Shown here: piece after piece, positions 39,409 through 48,736 of the stretch
Position numbering within the stretch: the first letter of the stretch is position 1
Layout: the number at the start of each line of letters is the position of its first letter
Source of the DNA: a bacterium
GTDB taxonomy: Bacteria; UBP14; UBA6098; 4484-93
Direction: 5' to 3'
NCBI GenBank assembly: GCA_021158465.1
Contig: JAGGUN010000035.1
Coordinates: forward strand, 5,669-69,668
Length of the DNA: 64,000 bases
Notes under the pieces: generated by a model
Told to the model about the DNA's origin: nothing
Databases searched by the model: none
What the model saw: the letters and a program-made list of their open reading frames with translations, nothing else
Translations under genes and position numbers: made by a program

Positions 39409-40686
39409 ATGAGGAGTGTAACAGTTATCATCCTTCTTTTTGCTACAGCATCCTTTGCCCAGGATTATTTCGAGGCGGTGGAGGAGATTCCAGAGGTTGA
39501 TGGGACATTGCTCGAGCTTGAGTCTAGTCTTGTCTATTCCCCCGATGATCCGACTATCCTCTATAACCTTGCCCTTCGGTATCAGGAAGCTGGTGACTGG
39601 GAGAAGGCAAGGGGTATGCTTTACCGTTTGGAGGAGCTGAAGCCATCGTCTGCTTTTGTCGAGTATGCTGTTGGGGAGTTTTTCTCTGCAAAGGGGGAAA
39701 CCGATTCTGCTGTCTACCATTACGAGAAGGCGCTTGAGCTACATTATGAATATCCTGTTGTTTGGGAGAAGCTTGTTCTGCTTGAGCCGAAGTATCTTTT
39801 CAACCTTGGGATGCTTTACAAGGAGAAGGCGGATAGTCTCTTAAGGGAGGATGTGGCGGAGAAGGCGATACAGTATCTTGAGGAGTATAAGGAGAAGAAT
39901 CCAGGTGGGATGTATGTGGCTGATGCTGATGCTGCGATAGAGAGCTTAAGGCTTTTGGAGGGTGAGATAAAGGCGTCAGCGAGAAAAAGGGAACGAGAGG
40001 AGCAGAAGCGAGCGCTTTTGGTGGATGAGAGGAAAAGGCGTATTGAGGAGAGGAACCGTTTTTTGAGGGAGCGCCCTACTATTCTGGGTGGAGGACTGCG
40101 TTTCTGGACACCGGGAAATACCGAGCTCGAGTTCAAGGTAAAAGAGGGGGTGGAGGTTCCTGAGCCGATGGTTGTGGAGACAGGGGGCGATACCGTGGTC
40201 TTTACTCCCACGGAGGATCTGTCGGTGAAGAGGGTTATGAAATCTGCATCAGGGGTTGCACTTTCTGGTGGGCGGTTCTTTGGACCGCTCTGGGCTTGCT
40301 CATCTGTCTACTTCGGTGGTGCACACCCGGCATACTCCTATAAGAAAGGGATCGATACCACACTTGTCGGAACACCTTACGACCCGTATGTGCGTGGAAC
40401 AATAAATACCGTCTCCGTTTTCGAATTGACAGGAGAGGCGAGATATAATATCTGTTATTACTCTCCTCTTGTTGTGTATATCGGAACGGGCGGTGGGCTT
40501 GTGTATATCTTACCACATGAGAAGACCCCATATTTCGACTCCGTTCTGTCGGGGGATATGTTCGCTTCGGTTGCACTCCTTTTCGGGTTTCACAACATTG
40601 TAGCCTGCTTGAGCTTTCGTAGGGGGTTTCTGGGAAGCTCGCAGGCAGGAGTTGTTGACCTGCTTGTATACTATAAAATTTTCTGA
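39409..40686 (+). CDS. Exported TPR protein with a coiled coil and probable C-terminal outer-membrane beta-barrel
   Basis: Signal peptide (ASFA|Q), TPR motifs (YNLALRY, YEKALEL, FNLGMLY), charged helix, and alternating beta-strand patterns ending in YYKIF. Confidence 0.65.
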   Translation: MRSVTVIILLFATASFAQDYFEAVEEIPEVDGTLLELESSLVYSPDDPTILYNLALRYQEAGDWEKARGMLYRLEELKPSSAFVEYAVGEFFSAKGETDSAVYHYEKALELHYEYPVVWEKLVLLEPKYLFNLGMLYKEKADSLLREDVAEKAIQYLEEYKEKNPGGMYVADADAAIESLRLLEGEIKASARKREREEQKRALLVDERKRRIEERNRFLRERPTILGGGLRFWTPGNTELEFKVKEGVEVPEPMVVETGGDTVVFTPTEDLSVKRVMKSASGVALSGGRFFGPLWACSSVYFGGAHPAYSYKKGIDTTLVGTPYDPYVRGTINTVSVFELTGEARYNICYYSPLVVYIGTGGGLVYILPHEKTPYFDSVLSGDMFASVALLFGFHNIVACLSFRRGFLGSSQAGVVDLLVYYKIF

Positions 40687-40700
40687 GGGTGTATAAAGAT

Positions 40701-41954
40701 ATGAGAAAGGCTGGAATCCTTTTGCTCTGTGCAACTGAGTTTTTTCTCGGTTCTGTTTCTCTTTTTGCTCAAGGTGTGGTGCCGCTTAGGTTTCAGGGAA
40801 AGGTAAAAGAAGAGAGATCTGCGAAGCTTGGTGTGAGAGTGAGGAGAGCAGAATTTGATAGGTTCGAGACGGAGGAGCTTCCAGAGGCGAGGGTGAGCAC
40901 GGGTGGAGGTGGTGTTCCACAGGAGGGACCAGTTGATCCGAAAGCATATATCCTTGGACCGAATGATGTTCTGAAGCTCAAGGTTTGGGAATCCGAGGAG
41001 TATGAGCATGAGCTGACAGTAACGCCGGAGGGTGAGCTTGTTATTCCGCTTGTTGGCGTGGTTGACCTGCGCTGGAAGAGTCTTGAGGAAGCGAGAGCCA
41101 TCGTCAAAGAGGCGTTGAAAAAGAGATTCAAGAATTTTACCTTCTCGCTGACATTAAAGCAATTGCGTCGGTTCAAGGCACATATCACAGGGCAGGTGGA
41201 ATTCCCTGGCGCATATGATGTTACGGCGGCGGATAGACTCTCTACCCTTATATACATGGCAGGAGGTACCGCTAACTTCCCTGACATCCAAAACATCCTC
41301 ATCATCCGAAGAAGCGGGACGGAGACATTGTCCGTTGACCTTTCGCGGTATTTCAGACTGGGGGATACAAGTCAGAACCCATACCTTCTCGACGGGGATA
41401 TAGTGTATCTGCCGAGGCTCGATTTCAGGGCTAATGTTGTGGTTGTTGTGGGGGACGGTGTAACAGGGATATACACGATAGACGAGAATGAGTCGCTTGA
41501 CGGTTTCCTGAAGAGGGTAGATGCGCTGTTCCATACATCCGATATCTCGCATATCGAGGTAGTGAGAGGGGACAGGGTTGATACGGTCAATTTTATCGAT
41601 AAGGGAGGAGAGTATCTGCTTCTCCCTGGCGATACTGTGTATATTCCGACCATATCCGATTCGGTCTATGTGGTGGGGTTCGTCACATCTCCTGGAGCTG
41701 TTCCGTTCAACTCTGGGGAAAGCATTGAGGGGTATATTGCGCTTGCAGGTGGACCAAGCGAAGACGGAAGCATATCCCGTGTCAAGGTAAAGCGGCTCGG
41801 TAAGAGCTATTCGCTCTCGGAGATTGACAGGATAAGGCGAGGGGATGTTATAATTGTTGGGGAGCGCTTCTCTTCCCAGGTTGTAAGATACCTTACCCCT
41901 GTTGTGCAGATCGCCTCACTCATTCTAACCGGGTTTGCAGCGGGAGTGTTCTAA
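40701..41954 (+). CDS. Polysaccharide export protein with SLBB repeats (Wza/KpsD-like)
   Basis: YILGPNDVL, VTPEGELVIPLVG, GQVEFPGAY, NPYLLDGD, GFVTSPG...YIALAGG. Confidence 0.88.
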   Translation: MRKAGILLLCATEFFLGSVSLFAQGVVPLRFQGKVKEERSAKLGVRVRRAEFDRFETEELPEARVSTGGGGVPQEGPVDPKAYILGPNDVLKLKVWESEEYEHELTVTPEGELVIPLVGVVDLRWKSLEEARAIVKEALKKRFKNFTFSLTLKQLRRFKAHITGQVEFPGAYDVTAADRLSTLIYMAGGTANFPDIQNILIIRRSGTETLSVDLSRYFRLGDTSQNPYLLDGDIVYLPRLDFRANVVVVVGDGVTGIYTIDENESLDGFLKRVDALFHTSDISHIEVVRGDRVDTVNFIDKGGEYLLLPGDTVYIPTISDSVYVVGFVTSPGAVPFNSGESIEGYIALAGGPSEDGSISRVKVKRLGKSYSLSEIDRIRRGDVIIVGERFSSQVVRYLTPVVQIASLILTGFAAGVF

Positions 41955-43157
41955 GTGGATAAATCGAGACTTATATCTTTCCTCGATTACATTGAATATC
42001 TCGTATCGCATGTGAGGATAATTATCCTTAACGGTGTTTTGGTGGCGGCTGTCGCGTTTGCTATAACAACTCTTCTTCCCAAGTGGTATGAGGGTAAGGT
42101 GGAAATAATGCCACCGCGATCTGCTGGCGGTGGGATTATGGGAATAGCGGCAAGCATTGCAGGAAGCTTTTCCCTTGCATCTGAGGGAGAATTCAAACTA
42201 CCGTTTATGTCTACCCCCTCTGACCTTTACTCTGCTATGGTGAAGAGCAGGGCGGTCATAGACCCGATAATCGACAAATATAATTTGCAGAAGTACTACA
42301 AGAAGAAGGACATAGATGAGACGAGGAAGAAGTTTTTGAAGTATCTGACTGCAAGGGTCACGGGTGAGGGGATTGTTGAGGTAAAGTTTCTTGCGAAGCG
42401 TGACCCTGTTTTTTCTGCTGCCGTTGCGAACGATGTGGTTAAGCAGCTTGATAAGGTCAACAGGGAGCTTCTTTTGCAATCTGCGAGGAGCACGCGAGAG
42501 TTTGTTGGAAAGAGGCTTGCGGAGTGTAAAGAGAGGCTTGCAGAGGCAGAGCGTTCTCTTGCGGCGTTTCAGAAGGAGCATAAGGCGATATCCATTGAGG
42601 ACCAGATGCGCATTATGCTTGAGCTCTCCGCTGGTATGCGGGCTGAGCTTATGGAGGCAGAGCTTGAGCGAGATTTTCTGAGGGAACATTACCTTCCAGA
42701 TAACCCGCGTCTTCTGCAGGTAGAGGAGCGGATACAGGCAATTGAGAAGAAGGTAAAGTCGTTTGAGGAGGAAGGGAGCGAGTTTCGGGAAGCGCTGGTT
42801 TCTCTTCCTGACCTGTGGGTGGAGTATTCCAACCTTTTAAGGGAGGTCAAGGTCCAGGAGACGCTATATGAGTTCCTGTTGACCCAATATGAGCAGGCAA
42901 AGATACAGGAACAGAAAGATACGCCAGTCATTCAGGTCCTGTCCTGGGCGACTGTTCCGGAGCATAAGGTGAAGCCGAAGAGGGGTATTATATCCCTTGT
43001 GCTGGCTGTGGTGGCGGTGCTCTTGACGATACTTTATCTTCTGTGGCGAAGGTTTATTGAGAACCAGCGAACTCAGAACCCCCATCTGCATAGCAGGTGG
43101 ATACAGTTCAAGAACAGTTGTATAAGAGTTTTTACATTTAGGATAGGAGAAAGATGA
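41955..43157 (+). CDS. Polysaccharide chain-length determinant (Wzz/GumC-like, no kinase domain)
   Basis: N-terminal TM plus PKWYE, KSRAV, long coiled coils, QYEQAKI, ATVPEHKVKPKR and a C-terminal TM. Confidence 0.88.
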   Translation: MDKSRLISFLDYIEYLVSHVRIIILNGVLVAAVAFAITTLLPKWYEGKVEIMPPRSAGGGIMGIAASIAGSFSLASEGEFKLPFMSTPSDLYSAMVKSRAVIDPIIDKYNLQKYYKKKDIDETRKKFLKYLTARVTGEGIVEVKFLAKRDPVFSAAVANDVVKQLDKVNRELLLQSARSTREFVGKRLAECKERLAEAERSLAAFQKEHKAISIEDQMRIMLELSAGMRAELMEAELERDFLREHYLPDNPRLLQVEERIQAIEKKVKSFEEEGSEFREALVSLPDLWVEYSNLLREVKVQETLYEFLLTQYEQAKIQEQKDTPVIQVLSWATVPEHKVKPKRGIISLVLAVVAVLLTILYLLWRRFIENQRTQNPHLHSRWIQFKNSCIRVFTFRIGER

Positions 43158-44167
43158 ACGAGAGGACTAAACTTGTCCAGATAGGAGTGGGAGCATGGGG
43201 GAGGAACCTGCTCAGGAACTTTTCCTTACTGCCGGATGTAGAGGTTGTTGGGTTGTGTGATAAGAGTGAAGAGACACGGGAGGGGCTTAAGAAGCAGTTT
43301 CCTGCTCTGCCTGTGACTGCCGACTACCGCAAGCTGCTTGACAATCTGGAGGTAGATGCTGTTGTTATTGCTACACCGCCTGCGCATCATTACAAGATAG
43401 CGAAGGAAGCGCTTTCCCTTGGGAAGGATGTTTTCGTTGAGAAGCCGATGACCCTTGCTATCTCTGAGGCGGAGGAGCTTGTCCGGCTGGCAGAGGGAAG
43501 TAGGCGGATACTTATGGTTGGACATATTATGGAGTATCACCCAGCTGTGGTCAGGATGCGGGAGTATATAGAAGGCGGTGAGCTTGGTGATATCTATTAT
43601 GTTTATTCCACGAGGGTGAACCTTGGGAAGGTTAGGGATGTGGAGAATGCGCTTTGGAGTTTTGCCCCGCATGATATTTCGATGATAATCTACCTTCTGA
43701 GGGAGAAGCCTGCGGCTGTTTCTGCTACAGGGGCTGCATATCTCAGAAAGGGTATAGAAGATGTGTCGTTTATCACCTTGTTCTTCGATTCTGGAACGAT
43801 AGCGCACATACATACGAGCTGGCTTGACCCACACAAGGTCAGACGCTTGACCATTGTCGGAAGCAAGAAGATGGCTGTATTGGATGATGTTGAGCCACAG
43901 GAGAAGATACGGATATATGACAAGGGGGTAAATCTTCAGCAGGCGTATGACACATATGGCGAGTATCTATCACTCAGGACAGGTGATATTCTCATCCCTG
44001 CTGTGAAGGTACAGGAGCCACTGAAGATAGAGTGTCAGGAGTTTATTAAGGCGGTAAGGAGTCGAATTCCACCTATCACGGATGGCAAGGATGGGCTTGC
44101 TGTTCTGAGGGTGCTTCGGGCTGCCGATAAGTCGATGAAGGAGAACGGTACACCACACAAATGTTAA
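43154..44167 (+). CDS. Gfo/Idh/MocA oxidoreductase (WbpB/WlbA-like sugar-nucleotide dehydrogenase)
   Basis: GVGAWGRNL, VIATP..HY, VEKP, MVGH, NLGKVR...WSFAPHD and SWLDPHKVR. Confidence 0.85.
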   Translation: MNERTKLVQIGVGAWGRNLLRNFSLLPDVEVVGLCDKSEETREGLKKQFPALPVTADYRKLLDNLEVDAVVIATPPAHHYKIAKEALSLGKDVFVEKPMTLAISEAEELVRLAEGSRRILMVGHIMEYHPAVVRMREYIEGGELGDIYYVYSTRVNLGKVRDVENALWSFAPHDISMIIYLLREKPAAVSATGAAYLRKGIEDVSFITLFFDSGTIAHIHTSWLDPHKVRRLTIVGSKKMAVLDDVEPQEKIRIYDKGVNLQQAYDTYGEYLSLRTGDILIPAVKVQEPLKIECQEFIKAVRSRIPPITDGKDGLAVLRVLRAADKSMKENGTPHKC

Positions 44168-44180
44168 CAAAGGAGCAACG

Positions 44181-44942
44181 ATGGACAGATTTATCTCTTC
44201 AAGAGCAAAGGTAGGGAAGGGAACGACACTCGGGTATTTTGTTGTGATAGAGGATGATGTGGAGATAGGTGAAAATTGCGTTATCGGGCATAATGTAGTT
44301 ATCCATCGTGGTAGCAGATTGGGTGATAACTGCCTTGTTGGAGATGGCAGTATAATCGGCAAGCTACCTATGAAGGCTGCCAGAAGTGCCACGACAAAGG
44401 AGCAGATGCTCCCTCCTGCTGTTCTTGGTAACGGCTGTATGGTTGGTGCAAACTGCGTCGTCTATGCGGGTAGTGTGATCGGGGAGAGGGTGCTCATCGC
44501 CGACCTGGCGACGGTCAGGGAGAACGTCACGATCGGCGACTATACTATCGTTGGCAGAGGTGTTGCTATTGAGAACGAGTGCAGAATAGGGAAAAAGACG
44601 AAGCTTGAGACCAATGTTTATATTACCGCATACTCCGATGTAGGAGATTATGTCTTTGTTGCGCCGGGGGTGAATACGAGCAATGACAACTTCATCGGCA
44701 GGACGGAGGAGCGGTTCAAGCATTTCAAGGGCGTAACGATAAAGAAAGCCGCTCGTGTCGGTGTTCAGGCAACGGTTCTTCCAGGGAAAACAATAGGAGA
44801 GGACGCGCTTGTTGCCGCTGGTGCGCTCGTTACGAAGGACATCCCGCCAAGGAAGATATATGCAGGCGTTCCGGCAAAATATTTCAGGGACGTTCCCGAG
44901 GAACAACTGCTCGAGAACCAGACATTTTACGATGGCGATTAG
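44181..44942 (+). CDS. Hexapeptide-repeat N-acyltransferase (WbpD/WlbB-like)
   Basis: Left-handed beta-helix repeats, FVAPGVNTSND, VAAGALVTKD and AGVPAK. Confidence 0.85.
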   Translation: MDRFISSRAKVGKGTTLGYFVVIEDDVEIGENCVIGHNVVIHRGSRLGDNCLVGDGSIIGKLPMKAARSATTKEQMLPPAVLGNGCMVGANCVVYAGSVIGERVLIADLATVRENVTIGDYTIVGRGVAIENECRIGKKTKLETNVYITAYSDVGDYVFVAPGVNTSNDNFIGRTEERFKHFKGVTIKKAARVGVQATVLPGKTIGEDALVAAGALVTKDIPPRKIYAGVPAKYFRDVPEEQLLENQTFYDGD

Positions 44943-45367
44943 TCCACGGTTATGAGCGGTTTGAGGATCTTATAGGTTTTCTCACCTATTCCCTTCACAT
45001 TTGTTATATCCTCTTTGCGTCGGAAGCCTCCGTGGGCTTTTCTGTATTCGATTATCCTTCCCGCCAGCACTTCCCCGATGCGTGGAAGAAGGGTGAGTTC
45101 ATCCTTGCTTGCTGTATTTATGTTTATTGGGAACTTGCTGTCTTGAGTTGTGTCGGATGACCCTTTGTGGACCGATGTTGTGTCTGGCAGGAGTCCTTCG
45201 AACCCTCCGGGGTTTCTTGCGTTGAGGTATAGAAAGATGTTCCCAACGACGATGGCTGCTGCGATGAAGACGACTACCCTTTTGTCCGTTTTAGTAAGGA
45301 GGTCATCAACTCTTATCCTTTCCTCCTTTCCACTTGACCTTGAGTTCTTTGTTTGCCTTGAGTTCAT
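44939..45367 (-). CDS. comEA: ComEA family helix-hairpin-helix DNA-binding protein (start uncertain: ATG 45367 or ATA 45316)
   Basis: N-terminal TM helix, then ININTAS.DEL..LPRIG..LA.RII.YR...GGF...ED...VKGIGEK. Confidence 0.88.
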   Translation of the reverse strand: MNSRQTKNSRSSGKEERIRVDDLLTKTDKRVVVFIAAAIVVGNIFLYLNARNPGGFEGLLPDTTSVHKGSSDTTQDSKFPININTASKDELTLLPRIGEVLAGRIIEYRKAHGGFRRKEDITNVKGIGEKTYKILKPLITVD

Positions 45368-46766
45368 CGAGTCGTCTGACGGGGGTGTGCATCGGAGATT
45401 TTCTGAGAAGCTCAGGTTTTTCTTTTGCCTCTTCGAGGATAGTGTTCATTGCACTGGCGAAATCCTCGAGGGTCTCCTTGCTTTCTGTTTCTGTTGGCTC
45501 TATCATCAAAGCCTCGTGGACAATGAGCGGGAAGTATATTGTTGGAGCGTGGAACCCCATGTCTAAGAGCCTTTTTGCTACATCGAGTGTCTTCACACCG
45601 TATTTTTTGAGGAACTCTCCAGAGAGGACGAATTCGTGCATCGGTGTCGATGGGTATGGGAGTTCCCACTTATCCTTCAATAGATGCAAAAGATAGTTCG
45701 AGTTCAATACAGCCATCTCGCTTGTATGTTTCACCCCATCGCTACCGAGCGATTTTATATAGGCGTACGCCTTGACCATGACGAGGAAGTTCCCCCAGAA
45801 GCATAGTATCTTCCCGATTGAGTGAGGGTTGTTCCAGTTGAGGGAGTATCTTCCGTCTTCTGTGCGGGTGACAATGGGGACAGGCAGGAAATCAGCAAGG
45901 TTAGATTTCACTGCTATTGGTCCACCGCCGGGACCGCCTCCACCGTGTGGGGTTGAGAAGGTCTTGTGAAGGTTGTAGTGCAATATGTCGACCCCCAGCT
46001 CACCTGGCCGGACTATTCCCATAATGGCGTTCAGATTCGCGCCGTCCATATACAGGATTCCACCAGCTGAGTGAATAAGTTCTGCGACCTTTGTTATCTC
46101 GCGCTCGAATATTCCCAGTGTATTAGGGTTTGTAACCATCATACCTGCAACCTCATCGGAGAGAGCAGATTCAAGCGCCTGAATGTCGATATTCCCATCT
46201 TCGTTTGATTTTATCTCAACCGGTTCAAACCCAGCCATAGCAATTGACGCAGGGTTTGTTCCATGTGAGGAATCGGGGATTATCACATATTTGCGCTGTT
46301 GGTGCTTTGCCTTAAAGTATGCTCGCATTATGAGAGTTCCTGTCAACTCGCCGTGTGCGCCTGCTGCTGGCTGTAGTGTGATGGCGTCCATTCCGCCTAT
46401 ATCTTTTAGCATCTCGCCTAACTCGTACATAAGCATAAGAGCGCCCTGGACGAACTCTTCTGGCAGAAGAGGATGGATAGATGTGAACCCTGGGAGGCGG
46501 GAGATGGTCTCGTTCACGACAGGGTTGTATTTCATCGTGCAGGAACCGAGCGGATAGAACCCCTTGAGGATATGGTGGTTCAGCGAGGATAGCCTGACGA
46601 AGTGTCGCAGTGTGTCTATTTCCGAAAGGCTCGGAAGGTCGAGCTCGCCTCTCAGAAGGGTTGGGTCGAGCATCTCGTCGATCGGACGCTCTGGAACATC
46701 AAGCTCGGGCAGATCTGCCCCTGTTCTACCTTCACAGGAAAGCTCGAATATAAGCTTTTCGCTCAT
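45306..46766 (-). CDS. gcvPB: Glycine dehydrogenase (decarboxylating) subunit 2
   Basis: YPLGSCTMKYNP, QPAAGAHGE, HGTNPAS, NLHKTFSTPHGGGGPG and MIEPTETE. Confidence 0.97.
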   Translation of the reverse strand: MSEKLIFELSCEGRTGADLPELDVPERPIDEMLDPTLLRGELDLPSLSEIDTLRHFVRLSSLNHHILKGFYPLGSCTMKYNPVVNETISRLPGFTSIHPLLPEEFVQGALMLMYELGEMLKDIGGMDAITLQPAAGAHGELTGTLIMRAYFKAKHQQRKYVIIPDSSHGTNPASIAMAGFEPVEIKSNEDGNIDIQALESALSDEVAGMMVTNPNTLGIFEREITKVAELIHSAGGILYMDGANLNAIMGIVRPGELGVDILHYNLHKTFSTPHGGGGPGGGPIAVKSNLADFLPVPIVTRTEDGRYSLNWNNPHSIGKILCFWGNFLVMVKAYAYIKSLGSDGVKHTSEMAVLNSNYLLHLLKDKWELPYPSTPMHEFVLSGEFLKKYGVKTLDVAKRLLDMGFHAPTIYFPLIVHEALMIEPTETESKETLEDFASAMNTILEEAKEKPELLRKSPMHTPVRRLDELKANKELKVKWKGGKDKS

Positions 46767-46767
46767 A

Positions 46768-47397
46768 TCAGTTCTCCCTACTTTTCACCTTAATCTTTCT
46801 AACGAACTCATCGATTGTTCCGCGGTACTCCTCGAAATTATCTATCGGAGCAAAGGCGTAGATAAAGTATTCTGTTCCGCCGTTAAGTATGGAGTAGGAG
46901 ATGATGTGGACGGGGACTCCTTGCGCAGGTATACCGTTTGCTTCCCACTCGACGGCAGGGAATTCCCCGATATGGATAACCTTGATAGGGGATGTAACGG
47001 AATCCTGCTGGTATATGTTGAGGACCTGCGTTCGCCTTATCTTTCCAAGGGAATCGATCGGTAGGTTTATCTCCTCGTTGGATAGCTCAAACACGGTGAA
47101 GCCGATAGCCGCGGGTTCTCTACCTTTGATCTCTGGTGGTCGTCGTGTTAGGAGAAACAGGAAACCTGCCTTCTCTGATGCTTCGTGGTAGGATAGTTTT
47201 TCAACCTTCTTTGGGTCGACGCCTGGGACGGTATTTATGATGTATTCCTTTGCATCCTGCGGGTACCAGCCGTTGGGCACGAAGAGTTGCAACCCATACT
47301 CTGGAAATGAATAGTATGCCTCATCTGTTGTATTCCCTTTTGAGCAGGAGAGTGCTACAAACAGAAGGAACAGAACGCTTATCCGTTTTGCTCTCAA
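46768..47397 (-). CDS. Hypothetical lipoprotein (possibly PsbP/DcrB-like fold)
   Basis: Lipobox VALS|C, YGLQLFVPNGW and IGEFPAV...FVRKIKV; fills the gap between gcvPA and gcvPB exactly. Confidence 0.7.
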   Translation of the reverse strand: MRAKRISVLFLLFVALSCSKGNTTDEAYYSFPEYGLQLFVPNGWYPQDAKEYIINTVPGVDPKKVEKLSYHEASEKAGFLFLLTRRPPEIKGREPAAIGFTVFELSNEEINLPIDSLGKIRRTQVLNIYQQDSVTSPIKVIHIGEFPAVEWEANGIPAQGVPVHIISYSILNGGTEYFIYAFAPIDNFEEYRGTIDEFVRKIKVKSREN

Positions 47398-48734
47398 GGG
47401 ATTACCTCTTTTATGCTCTCGGTGAAGTCGTCCATCTCGTCTTTTGTGCGTCTCTCAGTGACGGCAACGAGGAGCGAGTTTTCCTCGCCAGGGTAGAATT
47501 TGCCGAGGTCGAGCCCGGCGATGAACCCTTTCTCCTTCAGTTTTTCGATGACAAGCGATGCCGAGACAGGCAGAGAGACAGCGAATTCGTTGAAGAACGG
47601 AGCGGAGAACCTGAGTGATACTCCGTTGAGAGAGGTTAGCCGTTCCACCAGGTAGTGCGCTTTTTGGATATTCAGTTCAGCGAGCCTTTTCATACCGAGC
47701 TTGCCCATAAGCGTCATAAAGACTGTTGCTGCAAGTGCCACAAGCCCCTCGTTTGTGCAGATGTTTGATGTAGCACGGGCGCGTCTTATATGTTGTTCCC
47801 TTGTCTGGAGAGCCATAACGAATCCACGTTTTCCCTCGGCGTCGACGGTCTCCGCGACCATTCGACCAGGCATAGACCGGATGAACTCCTTGCGCGCAGC
47901 GAATATCCCGAGATATGGTCCGCCAAATCCCAGTGGGATTCCCAGGGGTTGCCCTTCTCCGACAGCGATATCGGCACCAAGTTCACCAGGAGGTTTTAAC
48001 AAGCCGAGTGATATCGGGTTGAAAACGGAAACGAGCAGTGCACCAGACGAGTGGATGTGTGGTTCGAGCGATGCAATATTCTCGATAACGCCGAAGAAGT
48101 TTGGTGAGGCAACCACGACGCAGGCTGTGTCGTCATCAACGAGTGATGCGATGTTATGCATTCTGCCTGTGGGGTCGAAATCTGCCACAACAAAGTCAGC
48201 AGTGTGAGCCATATATGTTCTGACAGTCCTATCCCACAGCGGATGGAGTGAACGAGGGAGAATAACTTTTCTTCGTCGGGTTTTCTTCACGGCAAGATGG
48301 ACAGCTTCTGCGAGTGCTGATGCGCCATCGTACATCGAGGCGTTGCAAACATCGAGTCCAACGAGGTGGGAGATAAGAGACTGGTACTCGAATATTGCTG
48401 TAAGTGTTCCTTGGCTTACCTCTGGCTGATATGGTGTGTATGCAGTGTAGAACTCTGGTCGTGAGACGATAGCGTCCACAGCGGCGGGGATGAAATGATC
48501 GTATGCGCCAGCACCGAGGAAGCTTGTGAACTCCTCGACGGTTATATTGAGTGAGGCAATATCCTGGAGGCGTCGTACGAGTTCATCCTCGGAGATACCC
48601 TTGCCGATTGAGAGAGAATGTCTCGTCAGGCTGTTCTTGCCGACTGCTGCCTCTACCAACTCATCGATTGAGTCGAAACCGAGGGCAGAGAGCATTCTTT
48701 CGATATCCTTCTCCGTATGGGGAGTATATTTCAT
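47394..48734 (-). CDS. gcvPA: Glycine dehydrogenase (decarboxylating) subunit 1
   Basis: FLGAGAYDH, EFYTAYTPYQPEVSQG, NASMYDG, LQTREQHIRR and ATSNICTN. Confidence 0.97.
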   Translation of the reverse strand: MKYTPHTEKDIERMLSALGFDSIDELVEAAVGKNSLTRHSLSIGKGISEDELVRRLQDIASLNITVEEFTSFLGAGAYDHFIPAAVDAIVSRPEFYTAYTPYQPEVSQGTLTAIFEYQSLISHLVGLDVCNASMYDGASALAEAVHLAVKKTRRRKVILPRSLHPLWDRTVRTYMAHTADFVVADFDPTGRMHNIASLVDDDTACVVVASPNFFGVIENIASLEPHIHSSGALLVSVFNPISLGLLKPPGELGADIAVGEGQPLGIPLGFGGPYLGIFAARKEFIRSMPGRMVAETVDAEGKRGFVMALQTREQHIRRARATSNICTNEGLVALAATVFMTLMGKLGMKRLAELNIQKAHYLVERLTSLNGVSLRFSAPFFNEFAVSLPVSASLVIEKLKEKGFIAGLDLGKFYPGEENSLLVAVTERRTKDEMDDFTESIKEVIP

Positions 48735-48736
48735 CT

